DNA of 64,000 nucleotides. It comes from Candidatus Flemingiibacterium merdigallinarum. Its GTDB lineage: Bacteria; Bacillota; Clostridia; Oscillospirales; CAG-272. The notes under the pieces were generated by a model that was not told the DNA's origin, did no database searches, and worked only from the letters and a program-made list of their open reading frames with translations. The stretch covers positions 37,130-101,129 of the forward strand of contig CAJFKR010000001.1 in the NCBI GenBank assembly GCA_904386005.1, written 5' to 3'. A program made the position numbers and the translations under genes. This document shows positions 36,577 through 45,594 of the stretch, in pieces; within the stretch, counting starts at the first letter, position 1, and every line of letters begins with the position of its first letter.

Positions 36577-38095
36577 AGTCAGTCTGATGAGCCGTCGTCA
36601 AAATAGGGCTCAAAGCGAATTTATCTGTGACGCGACCGACCTTATCGTTCGACCGGCAAGGTCGGACGGCGGAGCTGTGCGGGAATTGCTGACACCGCTC
36701 ATTCGGGCGAGCGCAGATGTCGATGATATTATCTACCGGCAGGATATATTGCGCGAGTTTTGCGCCAGTGACCAGCTGCTCGCGCGGCTGAATATATTGT
36801 TTGAGCGGTTCAACGAATGCCGCGGCGAGTGGCTGAAATTCCGGAGCGACCGCCGGAACGCCGCGTCGAATCAATCGCTGTCCAATTACGGCGACTTCGC
36901 ACAGCTTCAGTGCCGGAATACGGCGGGGATATTAAAGCGAGTACTGCTCTTGCTGCGCGAGGTCAGGTCTCAGCTCGGCTCACCCGAGTCGGACGGTCTG
37001 CGTAAACTCGCCGCGGCTGTAGGCGCCGCCGACGGCGACAGCTTTTCCGAGCTGCTGTCGCTCTGCGGTCAGCTCGAATACCGCGCGCCGAATCACCCGA
37101 CCGACCTGCACATTGCGCTTGACAGTCTCGGTCGGATTGTCGGCGCGGAGCTGTGCGACCACAGTCAGATCAAAATCGTCGAGTGCGACCTCGAGCCTAA
37201 GGGCTGGCGTGCGCGGATTGGCGAGTCGGTATCAGACCTAATCGGCTTTTGCCGCGGCAAAAGCTTCGGCTCGAGTCAGACCGAAAATCCAACCGAATAC
37301 ACTCCCGTATGCGAGAGGGTGGGGAATGTGAATGTCAGTCTCTATGAGCAGCTCACATCACAGCCTTATTCGAGCCTTGCCGACCTCATGTCCGACCTTG
37401 CCGGTCAGATTTTCGACTGCTTTGCCGAGACTAAAAACGAGCTTGCGTTTTACGAGTCCGCGCTCAAATACTGCCACATTCTCGTTGAGCGCAATCTGCC
37501 GCTGACCTATCCGACATTCGGCGAGAATACAGTCATCGAGTCGCTATGCGACCTGCATCGCTCGCTCACGCCGGCAGAGTATACCGAATCTCAGTCGATA
37601 GTACCATTCGATTTCAAGGTCGACGCGAAATCGGGAACGCTCGTATACGGCGACGCCGACGGCAAGACCACATTCCTGCGCACACTCGCGGCAATACAGC
37701 TGCTCGCGCAGTCGGGGCTGCCGATACCGGCAGGACGCGCCGAGCTGCGGGTATATCGTCAGCTGTTCATAGCGTTCACCGAAGCGGAGGACACATTGTC
37801 GGAGGAGTATGGCGCGGGGCGCTTCGAGCAGGAGGCACACCGGATCCGCGACATCATCGACCGTCTCGAGCCGGGCGGACTCGTGATGCTCGACGAGCCG
37901 TTCCAGTCGACCGATCCGACTGAGGGCGCGCGCTGGCTTTACAATATCCTCGGCTACATCTCGGACATCGGCGGGCAGTGGGTGGCGGCGACAAGCCTTT
38001 CGGGACTGCGCCGCGCCGCATCGAACGGCGACGGACAGCCGGTCGGAGCGTATTTGTATAGTATAGCCGCCGACCACAAAATGGCGCGTGAATGA
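36569..38095 (+). CDS. MutS-related ABC ATPase B (degenerate Walker A, intact Walker B)
   Basis: The ATG at 36569 follows GGGAGGG and overlaps the upstream stop (ATGAATAA). The P-loop is VYGDADGKTTFLRTL (first Gly replaced). Walker B is GLVMLDEPFQSTDP. The N-terminal helical region is MutS2-like (DDIIYRQDILREF). Confidence 0.7.
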   Translation: MNKVSLMSRRQNRAQSEFICDATDLIVRPARSDGGAVRELLTPLIRASADVDDIIYRQDILREFCASDQLLARLNILFERFNECRGEWLKFRSDRRNAASNQSLSNYGDFAQLQCRNTAGILKRVLLLLREVRSQLGSPESDGLRKLAAAVGAADGDSFSELLSLCGQLEYRAPNHPTDLHIALDSLGRIVGAELCDHSQIKIVECDLEPKGWRARIGESVSDLIGFCRGKSFGSSQTENPTEYTPVCERVGNVNVSLYEQLTSQPYSSLADLMSDLAGQIFDCFAETKNELAFYESALKYCHILVERNLPLTYPTFGENTVIESLCDLHRSLTPAEYTESQSIVPFDFKVDAKSGTLVYGDADGKTTFLRTLAAIQLLAQSGLPIPAGRAELRVYRQLFIAFTEAEDTLSEEYGAGRFEQEAHRIRDIIDRLEPGGLVMLDEPFQSTDPTEGARWLYNILGYISDIGGQWVAATSLSGLRRAASNGDGQPVGAYLYSIAADHKMARE

Positions 38096-38104
38096 AAGAA
38101 TCGA

Positions 38105-38145
38105 GTCCTGACAGTTTCAGCCGCTGTCGGGACGATTGTTTTTAC
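38105..38145 (+). terminator. Rho-independent terminator after the MutS-like operon
   Basis: GTCCTGACAG-TTTCAGCCG-CTGTCGGGAC is followed by GATTGTTTTT, 10 nt after the stop. Confidence 0.55.
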
Positions 38146-38296
38146 ACAAAACTTTATACAAATTGTAAATTTCGGGGTATGGCATATACAAACGCGCGAA
38201 ATTATGATATAATTTAATATAGTACACAACCACACGCGGACATCGCAAAGTTGTTCTCCGTGTGCGATACCATCGCTTCGAAGGGGGCAAGTTCGG

Positions 38297-38968
38297 GTGG
38301 AAAACAAAGGAATGAACAATCGTTATCGTGAAAAGAAGCACTATTCGGTGCTGCCGTATTATGTAATCGGCATAAGCTGGATAATTTTCGCGCTGCTGTT
38401 CCCGATGTATACGGTCGGGCACTATGTCGTAATCGCGCTGATATCGGTCGCCGAATTCGTCGTGCTGCGCGGCATAATCCCGCCGAAGATCGAGCGGATA
38501 GCTCTGCCCTACGAGCCGCCGAAAACCGGCATCGCCGACGTCGACGACACAATGGAGCTGGGCGCTGAATATATACGCAAATTCGACGAGATCGGCGGCG
38601 AGCTGTACGCGGTCTCGCCCGCGCTCGCGGACAAGCTCGCGGACATACGTGAGCTGATGAGCACGATATTCGAATACGTCGCGAAGAATCCCGACCGTCT
38701 GCCGCGGATACGCCGCTTCACCGGCTACTATCTGCCGACGCTCGAAAAGCTGACAAGAACCTACGTCGAGCTGTCGCACCAGAAGCTGCGCGGCGAGAAC
38801 ATACAAAAGACATTGACGAACATAGAGGGCATCCTCGACACGATTAAACCGGCGTTCGAGAATCTCTACAACAGTCTCTACGAGGACAAGGCGGTCGACA
38901 TCTCGGCCGAGATAACCGTACTCGAAAACTTGATCGAAAAAGAAGGACTTTCGGGAGATAAGCAGTAA
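38297..38968 (+). CDS. xpaC: XpaC-like protein (5-bromo-4-chloroindolyl phosphate hydrolysis protein family)
   Basis: 223 aa with two N-terminal TM helices, then a helical domain. It sits immediately upstream of a TelA/YaaN homolog, as in the B. subtilis xpaC-yaaN pair. GTG start 8 nt after GAAGGGGG. Confidence 0.65.
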   Translation: MENKGMNNRYREKKHYSVLPYYVIGISWIIFALLFPMYTVGHYVVIALISVAEFVVLRGIIPPKIERIALPYEPPKTGIADVDDTMELGAEYIRKFDEIGGELYAVSPALADKLADIRELMSTIFEYVAKNPDRLPRIRRFTGYYLPTLEKLTRTYVELSHQKLRGENIQKTLTNIEGILDTIKPAFENLYNSLYEDKAVDISAEITVLENLIEKEGLSGDKQ

Positions 38969-39005
38969 TCGAACGGTAGATGCTCTGGATGATGCGAGAG
39001 CCGGA

Positions 39006-39186
39006 CTTAAGAGTTAAGAGTGGTCTCCGCTGCGCGGAGAGAGTGGTCTCGCCTTCGGCGAGAGAGTGGTCTCCGCTTCGCGGAGAGCTGTGGTGGAAAA
39101 ATTCCCTGCGGGAATTTTTCAATTATCAAAACGCGTATGCGTGGATTGCGGCTTTGCTTTCTGCCAAAACTCCTCACTCCTAACTT
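39006..39186. repeat. Hairpin-array repeat (family H)
   Basis: It reads TTAAGAGTTAAGAGTGGTCTCCGC-TGC-GCGGAGA GAGTGGTCTCGCC-TTC-GGCGAGA GAGTGGTCTCCGC-TTC-GCGGAGA GCTGTGGTGG-AAAAATTCCC-TGC-GGGAATTTTT. A remnant opposite arm is AACTCCTCACTCCTAACT. Confidence 0.85.
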
Positions 39187-39259
39187 GCCAAGCTCATAAC
39201 CCGAAATCCGCGCACAAACATAAAAAATTAAACTATCCTTTCTGGGGGTATATGGAATT

Positions 39260-40396
39260 ATGGACAACAATAAACTTGTTCCGGAGCTGACATTGACTCC
39301 GAATGTGCAGGCGTCGGCTGACAGCGAAATTTTGCAGACGGCTCAATCGGCACAGAATACTGAACCTATGCCGACCGACTCGCTGTCGCCCGAGGAGCTC
39401 GCTATGGTCGAGCAGTTCGCCGCGAAGATAGACGTCACCGACCCGAACATCGTGCTGAACTACGGCGTCGGCGCACAGCAGAAGGTCGCGAATTTCTCGG
39501 ACAACGCGCTGGCGAACGTGCAGACAAAGGATCTCGGCGAGGTCGGCGACATGATATCCGATCTTGTAGGCGAGCTGCGCGAATTCGACGCGGAGGAAAA
39601 GTCGGGCTTCTTCGGCTTGTTCAAGTCGAAAGGCAGCAAGATATCGCAGTTCCGCGCGAAATACGAAAAGGCGGACGTGAACATCGAGAAGATCACCTCC
39701 GCGCTCGAGAGTCATCAGGTGCGCCTGATGAAGGACGTGGCTATACTCGACCAGCTGTATGAGGTGAACCTCACTAACTTCAAGGAGCTGTCGATGTACA
39801 TCCTCGCCGGCAAGAAGCGGCTCGAGGAGGTGCGCTCGGGCGAGCTGGTGCAGCTGACCGAGAAGGCGAAAAGGTCGAATCTGCCCGAGGACGTGCAGGC
39901 GGCGAAGGATTTGAACGACAAGCTCGAACGATTTGAAAAGAAGATAAGCGACCTTGAGCTGACCCGCGCAATCTCGATTCAGATGGCGCCGCAGATCCGG
40001 CTGATACAGAACAACAACTCGATAATGAGCGAGAAGATACAGACGACAATCGTCAACACAATCCCGCTCTGGAAGAGCCAGATGGTCATAGCGCTCGGGC
40101 TCACTCACTCGCAGCAGGCGCTGAAAGCCCAGCAGCAGGTGACCGACATAACAAACGAGCTGCTCAAGAAAAACGCCGAGATGCTCAAGGTATCGACTAT
40201 CGAGACGGCGAAGGCCGCCGAGCGCGGTATCGTCGACATCGAGACCCTGCGTCAGACAAACGAGACGCTCATATCGACGCTCGACGAGGTCGTGCAGATT
40301 CAGAACGAGGGCAGGGCGAAGCGCAAGGAAGCCGAAGCCGAGCTCGGCCGCATCGAGAATCAGCTGAAGCAGAAGCTGCTTGAAATGAAGAGATAA
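39260..40396 (+). CDS. telA: Toxic anion resistance protein TelA/YaaN family
   Basis: 378 aa. LSPEELAMVEQFAAKIDVTDPNIVLNYGVGAQQKVANFSDNAL and KDLGEVGDMISDL match the TelA N-terminal signature. The rest is coiled-coil rich. Confidence 0.85.
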   Translation: MDNNKLVPELTLTPNVQASADSEILQTAQSAQNTEPMPTDSLSPEELAMVEQFAAKIDVTDPNIVLNYGVGAQQKVANFSDNALANVQTKDLGEVGDMISDLVGELREFDAEEKSGFFGLFKSKGSKISQFRAKYEKADVNIEKITSALESHQVRLMKDVAILDQLYEVNLTNFKELSMYILAGKKRLEEVRSGELVQLTEKAKRSNLPEDVQAAKDLNDKLERFEKKISDLELTRAISIQMAPQIRLIQNNNSIMSEKIQTTIVNTIPLWKSQMVIALGLTHSQQALKAQQQVTDITNELLKKNAEMLKVSTIETAKAAERGIVDIETLRQTNETLISTLDEVVQIQNEGRAKRKEAEAELGRIENQLKQKLLEMKR

Positions 40397-40491
40397 CCAT
40401 CGGGTCTGATGAGCCGTCCGGCAAGTCAGACCCTGTTGGCATTCGGGCGTTACTATCGGTATTCAGGTCATAATGCTAAAAGCAGGTCAGA

Positions 40492-41076
40492 ATGATAAAA
40501 GGGGCAGGTGTTGTCACAATGAAGCTACTTAAAAAGACGCCGGTCGCGGTCATAATCATGCTCGCGGCGGTGCTGCTGTCATTTTTCTTCGGCAGCGTAT
40601 ACTCGCTGTCACGCGAGCGCGGGGCGATAATGGACGGATTCGAGTCGGGCACAGACGAGATAGTGTCGATACAATATGAGCTCGACTACATCGCGCAGAA
40701 CGCGCGCAATCTCGTATCCATAGCCGGAAACTATCCGGACATGGCTGACTCCGACGCGCTCGATTCTACCAAGACGGCGCTGAATGAACTGACCTCTGCC
40801 AAGTCAGTTTCCGCCAAGGCGGCGGCGCTCGACAAGCTGGTGTCAGCTGCCGAGGTCCTGCTCGCGAGCCTCAATCCGGCTGACATGAAGCCGGTCGACC
40901 GCGACTATCACTCGACTATCGGCAGTGACATAAAGGCGTCGCTCAGCCGCATATCGTCGAGCAGCTATAATGACGCGGTCGCCGAGTTCAACGAGCGGCT
41001 GGAGAGTTTTCCGGTGAATCTGACCGCGGGACTGTTCGGTGTTACCGCGCTCGAGCCATTCGAGATCACCGAATGA
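40492..41076 (+). CDS. LemA-like membrane protein
   Basis: It has an N-terminal TM helix (VAVIIMLAAVLLSFFFG) and the C-terminal motif YNDAVAEFNERLESFPVNLTAGLFGV..EPFE, typical of LemA. The start is ambiguous (40492 or 40519). Confidence 0.55.
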   Translation: MIKGAGVVTMKLLKKTPVAVIIMLAAVLLSFFFGSVYSLSRERGAIMDGFESGTDEIVSIQYELDYIAQNARNLVSIAGNYPDMADSDALDSTKTALNELTSAKSVSAKAAALDKLVSAAEVLLASLNPADMKPVDRDYHSTIGSDIKASLSRISSSSYNDAVAEFNERLESFPVNLTAGLFGVTALEPFEITE

Positions 41077-41081
41077 ACTGC

Positions 41082-41235
41082 TCGCGGCAGAGCGAAACGG
41101 TCGCGGCAGAGCGAAACGGTCGCGGCAGAGCGAAACGGTCGCGGTGGAGCGAAATGGTCGCGGCAGAATGAAACGGTCTCGGCAGAGCGAAACGGTCGCG
41201 GCAGAGCGAAACGGTCGCGGTGGAATGAATCGGCT
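41082..41235 (+). repeat. 19-bp tandem repeat, 8 copies (degenerate copies to about 41295)
   Basis: The unit is CGCGGCAGAGCGAAACGGT, with variants CGCGGTGGAGCGAAATGGT, CGCGGCAGAATGAAACGGT and CTCGGCAGAGCGAAACGGT. It starts 6 nt after the lemA-like stop. Confidence 0.9.
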
Positions 41236-41436
41236 GCAATGAGGTGAAGCAGTCGGGTCGCCGCGATTCGGTCGCGGCGGAATGAATCGGTCACATCAGC
41301 CAAGATTGAAATATATTTTGCAAACTTCACAATATATTTGAGGACACGACCATAATTCGAGTGGTATAATAATATTACTGAAACCACAGGTGAGCGGCTT
41401 CTGCCGTCACTTCAAACTTGATTAAGGAGAATCGCA

Positions 41437-42810
41437 ATGTCTGAACCTTTGATAAGAGAGCGTATCGAGGAAAATGTCAATACCGCGTCAGAGCCGTCCG
41501 AGCTTAAAATCACCGACCTGCGGGTCACGAACATCGACGGCGCGCCGAAGCACTGCCCGCTCATCAAAATCTACACGAACCAAGGAATGGTCGGCTACGG
41601 CGAGGTGCGCGACGCGTCGAGCGCGACCTACGCGCTGATGCTCAAAAGCCGCATTGTGGGCGAGAATCCCTGCAATGTGGACAAGCTGTTCCGCCGTGTC
41701 AAGCAGTTCGGCGGCAACTCGCGTCAGGGCGGCGGCGTGTCGGGAGTCGAGGTCGCGCTCTGGGACATCGCGGGCAAGGCGTGGGGCGTGCCGGTCTGGC
41801 AGATGCTCGGCGGCAAATTCCGCGACAAGGTGCGTGTCTACTGCGACACCGACGTCGACGGCAAGCACACCGGCGCGGACATGGGACGCGCGCTGAAAGC
41901 CCGCATGGAAGCCGGCTACACATTTCTCAAAATGGACCTCGGAATCGAGCTCATGCTCGACGAGCCGGGCTGCCTGAACGCGCCGCTCGGATTCCTCGAG
42001 GACATTAAGAAGTATTCGGCGAAGGCGCTGGCGCATCAGAAGGGGTCGATTGACTACGACATGATGATGGGCAAGAACTACGAGACCTTCACAATCCCGC
42101 ACCACGCGACCGGAATACATATCACCGAAAAGGGACTCGACTATCTCGAAAACTACGTGCGCGAGGTGCGCGAGATAATCGGCTACGAGGTGCCGCTGGC
42201 TATCGACCATTTCGGGCACGTCTGCATCGAGGACTGCATACGCTTCGCGCGGAGAATCGAGAAGTACAACATCTCGTGGATGGAGGACGTCGCGCCGTGG
42301 CACTACACCGAGCACTACGCGAAGATAGCGCGCGCGACGACCGTGCCGATCTGCACCGGCGAGGACATATACCTCGCCGAGAGCTTCGAGCCGCTGATGA
42401 AGTGCGGGGGAGTATCGGTGATACATCCCGACACGCTCACGGTCGGCGGTATGCTCGAGATGAAGAAGCTCGGCGATATGTGCGAGAAGTACGGAGTGGC
42501 GATGGCGATACACATGGCCGAGAGTCCGATCGGCTTCATGGCGGCTTTGCACGCGGGCGCGGCGGTGCAGAATCTGCTGGCGGTCGAGTACCACTCGTCC
42601 GACGTCAAGTGGTGGAACGACCTTGCCAACGGAATCGACAATCCGATAATCAAGGACGGCTTCGCGACCGTGCCGATGAAGCCGGGTCTGGGCATAGATT
42701 CGCTGAACGAGGAGCTGATAGCCGAGCACATCCACAAGAAGTACCCGGGTCAGTGGGAGCCGACCGACGAATGGAACAAGGAATGGGCAAACGACCGCAC
42801 CTGGTCGTGA
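41437..42810 (+). CDS. Enolase-superfamily enzyme (mandelate racemase/muconate lactonizing family; sugar-acid dehydratase-like)
   Basis: 457 aa. Motifs are KIYTNQGMVGYGE, LKMDLG, AIDHFGH, WMEDV and CTGEDIY, matching the metal-ligand pattern of MR/MLE-family dehydratases. AAGGAGA RBS. Confidence 0.85.
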   Translation: MSEPLIRERIEENVNTASEPSELKITDLRVTNIDGAPKHCPLIKIYTNQGMVGYGEVRDASSATYALMLKSRIVGENPCNVDKLFRRVKQFGGNSRQGGGVSGVEVALWDIAGKAWGVPVWQMLGGKFRDKVRVYCDTDVDGKHTGADMGRALKARMEAGYTFLKMDLGIELMLDEPGCLNAPLGFLEDIKKYSAKALAHQKGSIDYDMMMGKNYETFTIPHHATGIHITEKGLDYLENYVREVREIIGYEVPLAIDHFGHVCIEDCIRFARRIEKYNISWMEDVAPWHYTEHYAKIARATTVPICTGEDIYLAESFEPLMKCGGVSVIHPDTLTVGGMLEMKKLGDMCEKYGVAMAIHMAESPIGFMAALHAGAAVQNLLAVEYHSSDVKWWNDLANGIDNPIIKDGFATVPMKPGLGIDSLNEELIAEHIHKKYPGQWEPTDEWNKEWANDRTWS

Positions 42811-43311
42811 GCGGGGCTGACGCGGATATACAGCGGGATTATGTATGCCGTATCCGCGGATTTGACATACAGGCTGTATCCGTGGCTTTCATATAATTGC
42901 AAATACAAAAGGGAAGGCGATGCCGTTATGGCTGCCTTCCCTTGTGTTATGTCTGCTGTCGGACGGTGGATTCGACTGAATATACTGTATATGCGGATGA
43001 ATATACAGCCGGATATACGAGTATATATACAGCGCATATGCGTGTATTCATATAGATGCGGTCACATGCGAAAACTGTGTGCGTTGAATCTGCGCTTGGT
43101 CGGAGCCGACTGCCATGTCACAATATTGCAGTCGCGGCTGGTGTGAATCTGCGCTCGCGGACGATTGTATATCGCCTACCGGCGGTTATGCGGAGAATAA
43201 ACCCGCACACTAAACCCACGCTCGGTCGGAATTGACTGCATTGTCACAACCTCGCCGTCGCGGTGCGGACAGCATGAATATCCGCTCGCAGTCGTAGACA
43301 TCCTGTTGCAC

Positions 43312-45594
43312 TTACTCCGCAAATACGACCCGCACGCTGAAGCTGCGCTCGGTCGGAGTCGAATCCCATGTCACGACCTCGCCGTCGCGGCGCGCGGTCA
43401 AGGTGAACACGCGCTTGCCGTCGGCGTCGTATATCGACGTCGATGCGGTCTCGCCGTCGCGGAGATTGTATACGACGAACTCGCAGCCGTCGAGATAGTC
43501 GTATTCGAAATTGCCCGAAAAGTTGCCGTACGCGACAATCGAGCCCTCGCGGGCGAGCAGCGGCAGCTCGAGATAGCCGCAGCGTCGGTGGTAATACCTG
43601 CCGCCGACATACCGCTCGCCGGTTATTATGTCCTGCCAGATACCGTCGGGCAGATAGAAGTCGACGCCGCCCGACTCGTCGAACACCGGCGCTACGAGCA
43701 GATTGTCGCCGAGCATATACTGCGTGTCGAGTCGACGCGCCGCGAGGTCGTCTGGAAACTCGAGCAGCATCGCGCGCATCATCGGAAGACCGGTCGTATG
43801 CGTCTTTACTGCCTGCGACCACAGATAGGGCATCAGCCGACCTTTCAGCTTCGTAAAGAATCGCAGCACGTCGACCGACTCCTCGTCGAACAGCCACGGC
43901 ACGCGGTAGGACGAGCTGCCATGCAGCCGACTGTGCGACGACAGCAGTCCGAACGCCGCCCAACGCTTGTACACATCGGGTGACGCGGTCGCCTCGAAGC
44001 CGCTGATATCGTGGCTGTAGTAGCCGAAGCCGCAGAGTCCGAGCGACAGTCCGCCGCGCAGCGTCTCTGCCATCGACACATACTCGGCGGTGCAGTCTCC
44101 GCCCCAGTGTACCGGGAATTTCTGCGAGCCGGTCGTCGCGCTGCGGGCGAACAGGCAGGCTTTGCCGTCGCCGTAGTATTCGCACAGCAGCTCGTACACT
44201 GTCTTGTTGTAGAGATAGGTGTAGTAGTTGTGCATATCGATTGGGTCGGAGCCGTCATGATATACCGCGTCGGTCGGTATGCGCTCGCCGAAGTCGGTTT
44301 TGAGATTGGTCACGCCCATGTCGAGCAGTTTGCGCAGCTTCGATTTGTACCAGTCGCGGGCCGCCGGATTCGTAAAGTCGACTATAGCCAGTCCCGGCTG
44401 CCAGAGGTCGCACTGGAACACGCCGCCGCCGCGCGTTTTTACAAGATACCCGCCGTCGCGCGCTTCGTCGAACAGCGGCGAAAGCTGCGCGATGTACGGG
44501 TTTATCCACACGCAGACCGCAAGACCGCGCTCGCGCAGGCGTTTCAGCATAGCCTCGGGGTCGGGGAACTGCCGCCTGTCCCACTCGAAGTCGCACCAGC
44601 GGAACTCGCGCATCCAAAAGCAGTCGAAGTGGAACACCTGCAGCGGTATGTCGCGCTCGGCCATGCCGTCGATGAACGAGTTTATCGTCTCCTCGCTGTA
44701 GTCGGTCGTGAACGAAGTCGACAGCCACAGACCGAACGAATACTCGGGCACGAGCGGCGGTTTTCCGGTCAACTTTGTATAATTCATGACCGCGGACGCC
44801 GGACTGCCGCCGCCGATTACATAGTATTCGAGCGACTCGCTGGGGACTGTGAAGCTGACTCCCGACACCGAGTCGGACGCGGCTTCAAACGACACATAGC
44901 CGCTTGTGTTCACAAACACGCCGTAGCCGCGGTCGGACAGGTAGAACGGCACGCATTTGTAGCTCTGCGCCGAGCCTGTGCCGCCGTCCGAGTTCCACAT
45001 CTCGACCGCCTGTCCGTTCTTGACGAACGGCGTGAACTTCTCGCCGAATCCATATACGCACTCGCCGACTCCGAGCGAGAGCTTTTCCTGAATGTATGCC
45101 GGCGCGTCGTCCGGCTTATCGAAGAAGCGCGGGACCACGGCGCGTCCGGTCGGCGGCATATCGTTGACTATGTACGAAAGCGAGCGTGCGCCGCTCGACG
45201 TCAGCTTGCGCGGGATACCGGCATTGTCGAAGAACTCGACTCTCCAGCCGCCGAGGTCAATACGCACCGAAGTGCGCCCCGAGACAAGCGTCACCGCTTT
45301 GTCGTCGACTATGATGTCGGGCGTGAAGCTGTCGTCGCGCGCAAGCTCGAAGCCTTGGCTACGGCGCGCTCCGGCGTAGTGCACGACCCGCACGCCGATG
45401 ACGTTTTCGAGGTAGGAGAAGAACGTCACCTCGAGGTTCGGACCTCCGAGCGTCATGCCGCGGTTGTAGATTTTGGACGGCGTCGCGAGCAATGTGACCG
45501 AATGCTCGTCGCGCCGCAGGACTTCATAGGCTTCGGTGGCGTAGCTTATGTCATAGCCTTTCTTTCTGAGCCACAATCCGTCGTTGAATATCAT
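43312..45594 (-). CDS. GH31 alpha-xylosidase/alpha-glucosidase (YicI-like)
   Basis: The nucleophile motif is NLKTDFGE and the acid/base motif is VHWGGDC. It has the GH31 N-terminal beta-sandwich. The start is moved to the ATG at 45594 (MIFNDGLW) after GAGAGGAAG. Confidence 0.9.
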   Translation of the reverse strand: MIFNDGLWLRKKGYDISYATEAYEVLRRDEHSVTLLATPSKIYNRGMTLGGPNLEVTFFSYLENVIGVRVVHYAGARRSQGFELARDDSFTPDIIVDDKAVTLVSGRTSVRIDLGGWRVEFFDNAGIPRKLTSSGARSLSYIVNDMPPTGRAVVPRFFDKPDDAPAYIQEKLSLGVGECVYGFGEKFTPFVKNGQAVEMWNSDGGTGSAQSYKCVPFYLSDRGYGVFVNTSGYVSFEAASDSVSGVSFTVPSESLEYYVIGGGSPASAVMNYTKLTGKPPLVPEYSFGLWLSTSFTTDYSEETINSFIDGMAERDIPLQVFHFDCFWMREFRWCDFEWDRRQFPDPEAMLKRLRERGLAVCVWINPYIAQLSPLFDEARDGGYLVKTRGGGVFQCDLWQPGLAIVDFTNPAARDWYKSKLRKLLDMGVTNLKTDFGERIPTDAVYHDGSDPIDMHNYYTYLYNKTVYELLCEYYGDGKACLFARSATTGSQKFPVHWGGDCTAEYVSMAETLRGGLSLGLCGFGYYSHDISGFEATASPDVYKRWAAFGLLSSHSRLHGSSSYRVPWLFDEESVDVLRFFTKLKGRLMPYLWSQAVKTHTTGLPMMRAMLLEFPDDLAARRLDTQYMLGDNLLVAPVFDESGGVDFYLPDGIWQDIITGERYVGGRYYHRRCGYLELPLLAREGSIVAYGNFSGNFEYDYLDGCEFVVYNLRDGETASTSIYDADGKRVFTLTARRDGEVVTWDSTPTERSFSVRVVFAE

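Noticed and set aside
39233-40108. 291-aa ORF on the - strand (also 38117-38806 and 11283-12146 on the strands opposite to annotated genes)
   Set aside because: These are antisense to telA, the xpaC-like gene and the AP-superfamily gene respectively. They have no independent support.
41488-42735. 415-aa ORF on the - strand
   Set aside because: It is antisense to the enolase-superfamily gene, which has clear family motifs and an RBS. The composition is Arg/Val/His-rich junk typical of GC-rich antisense frames.
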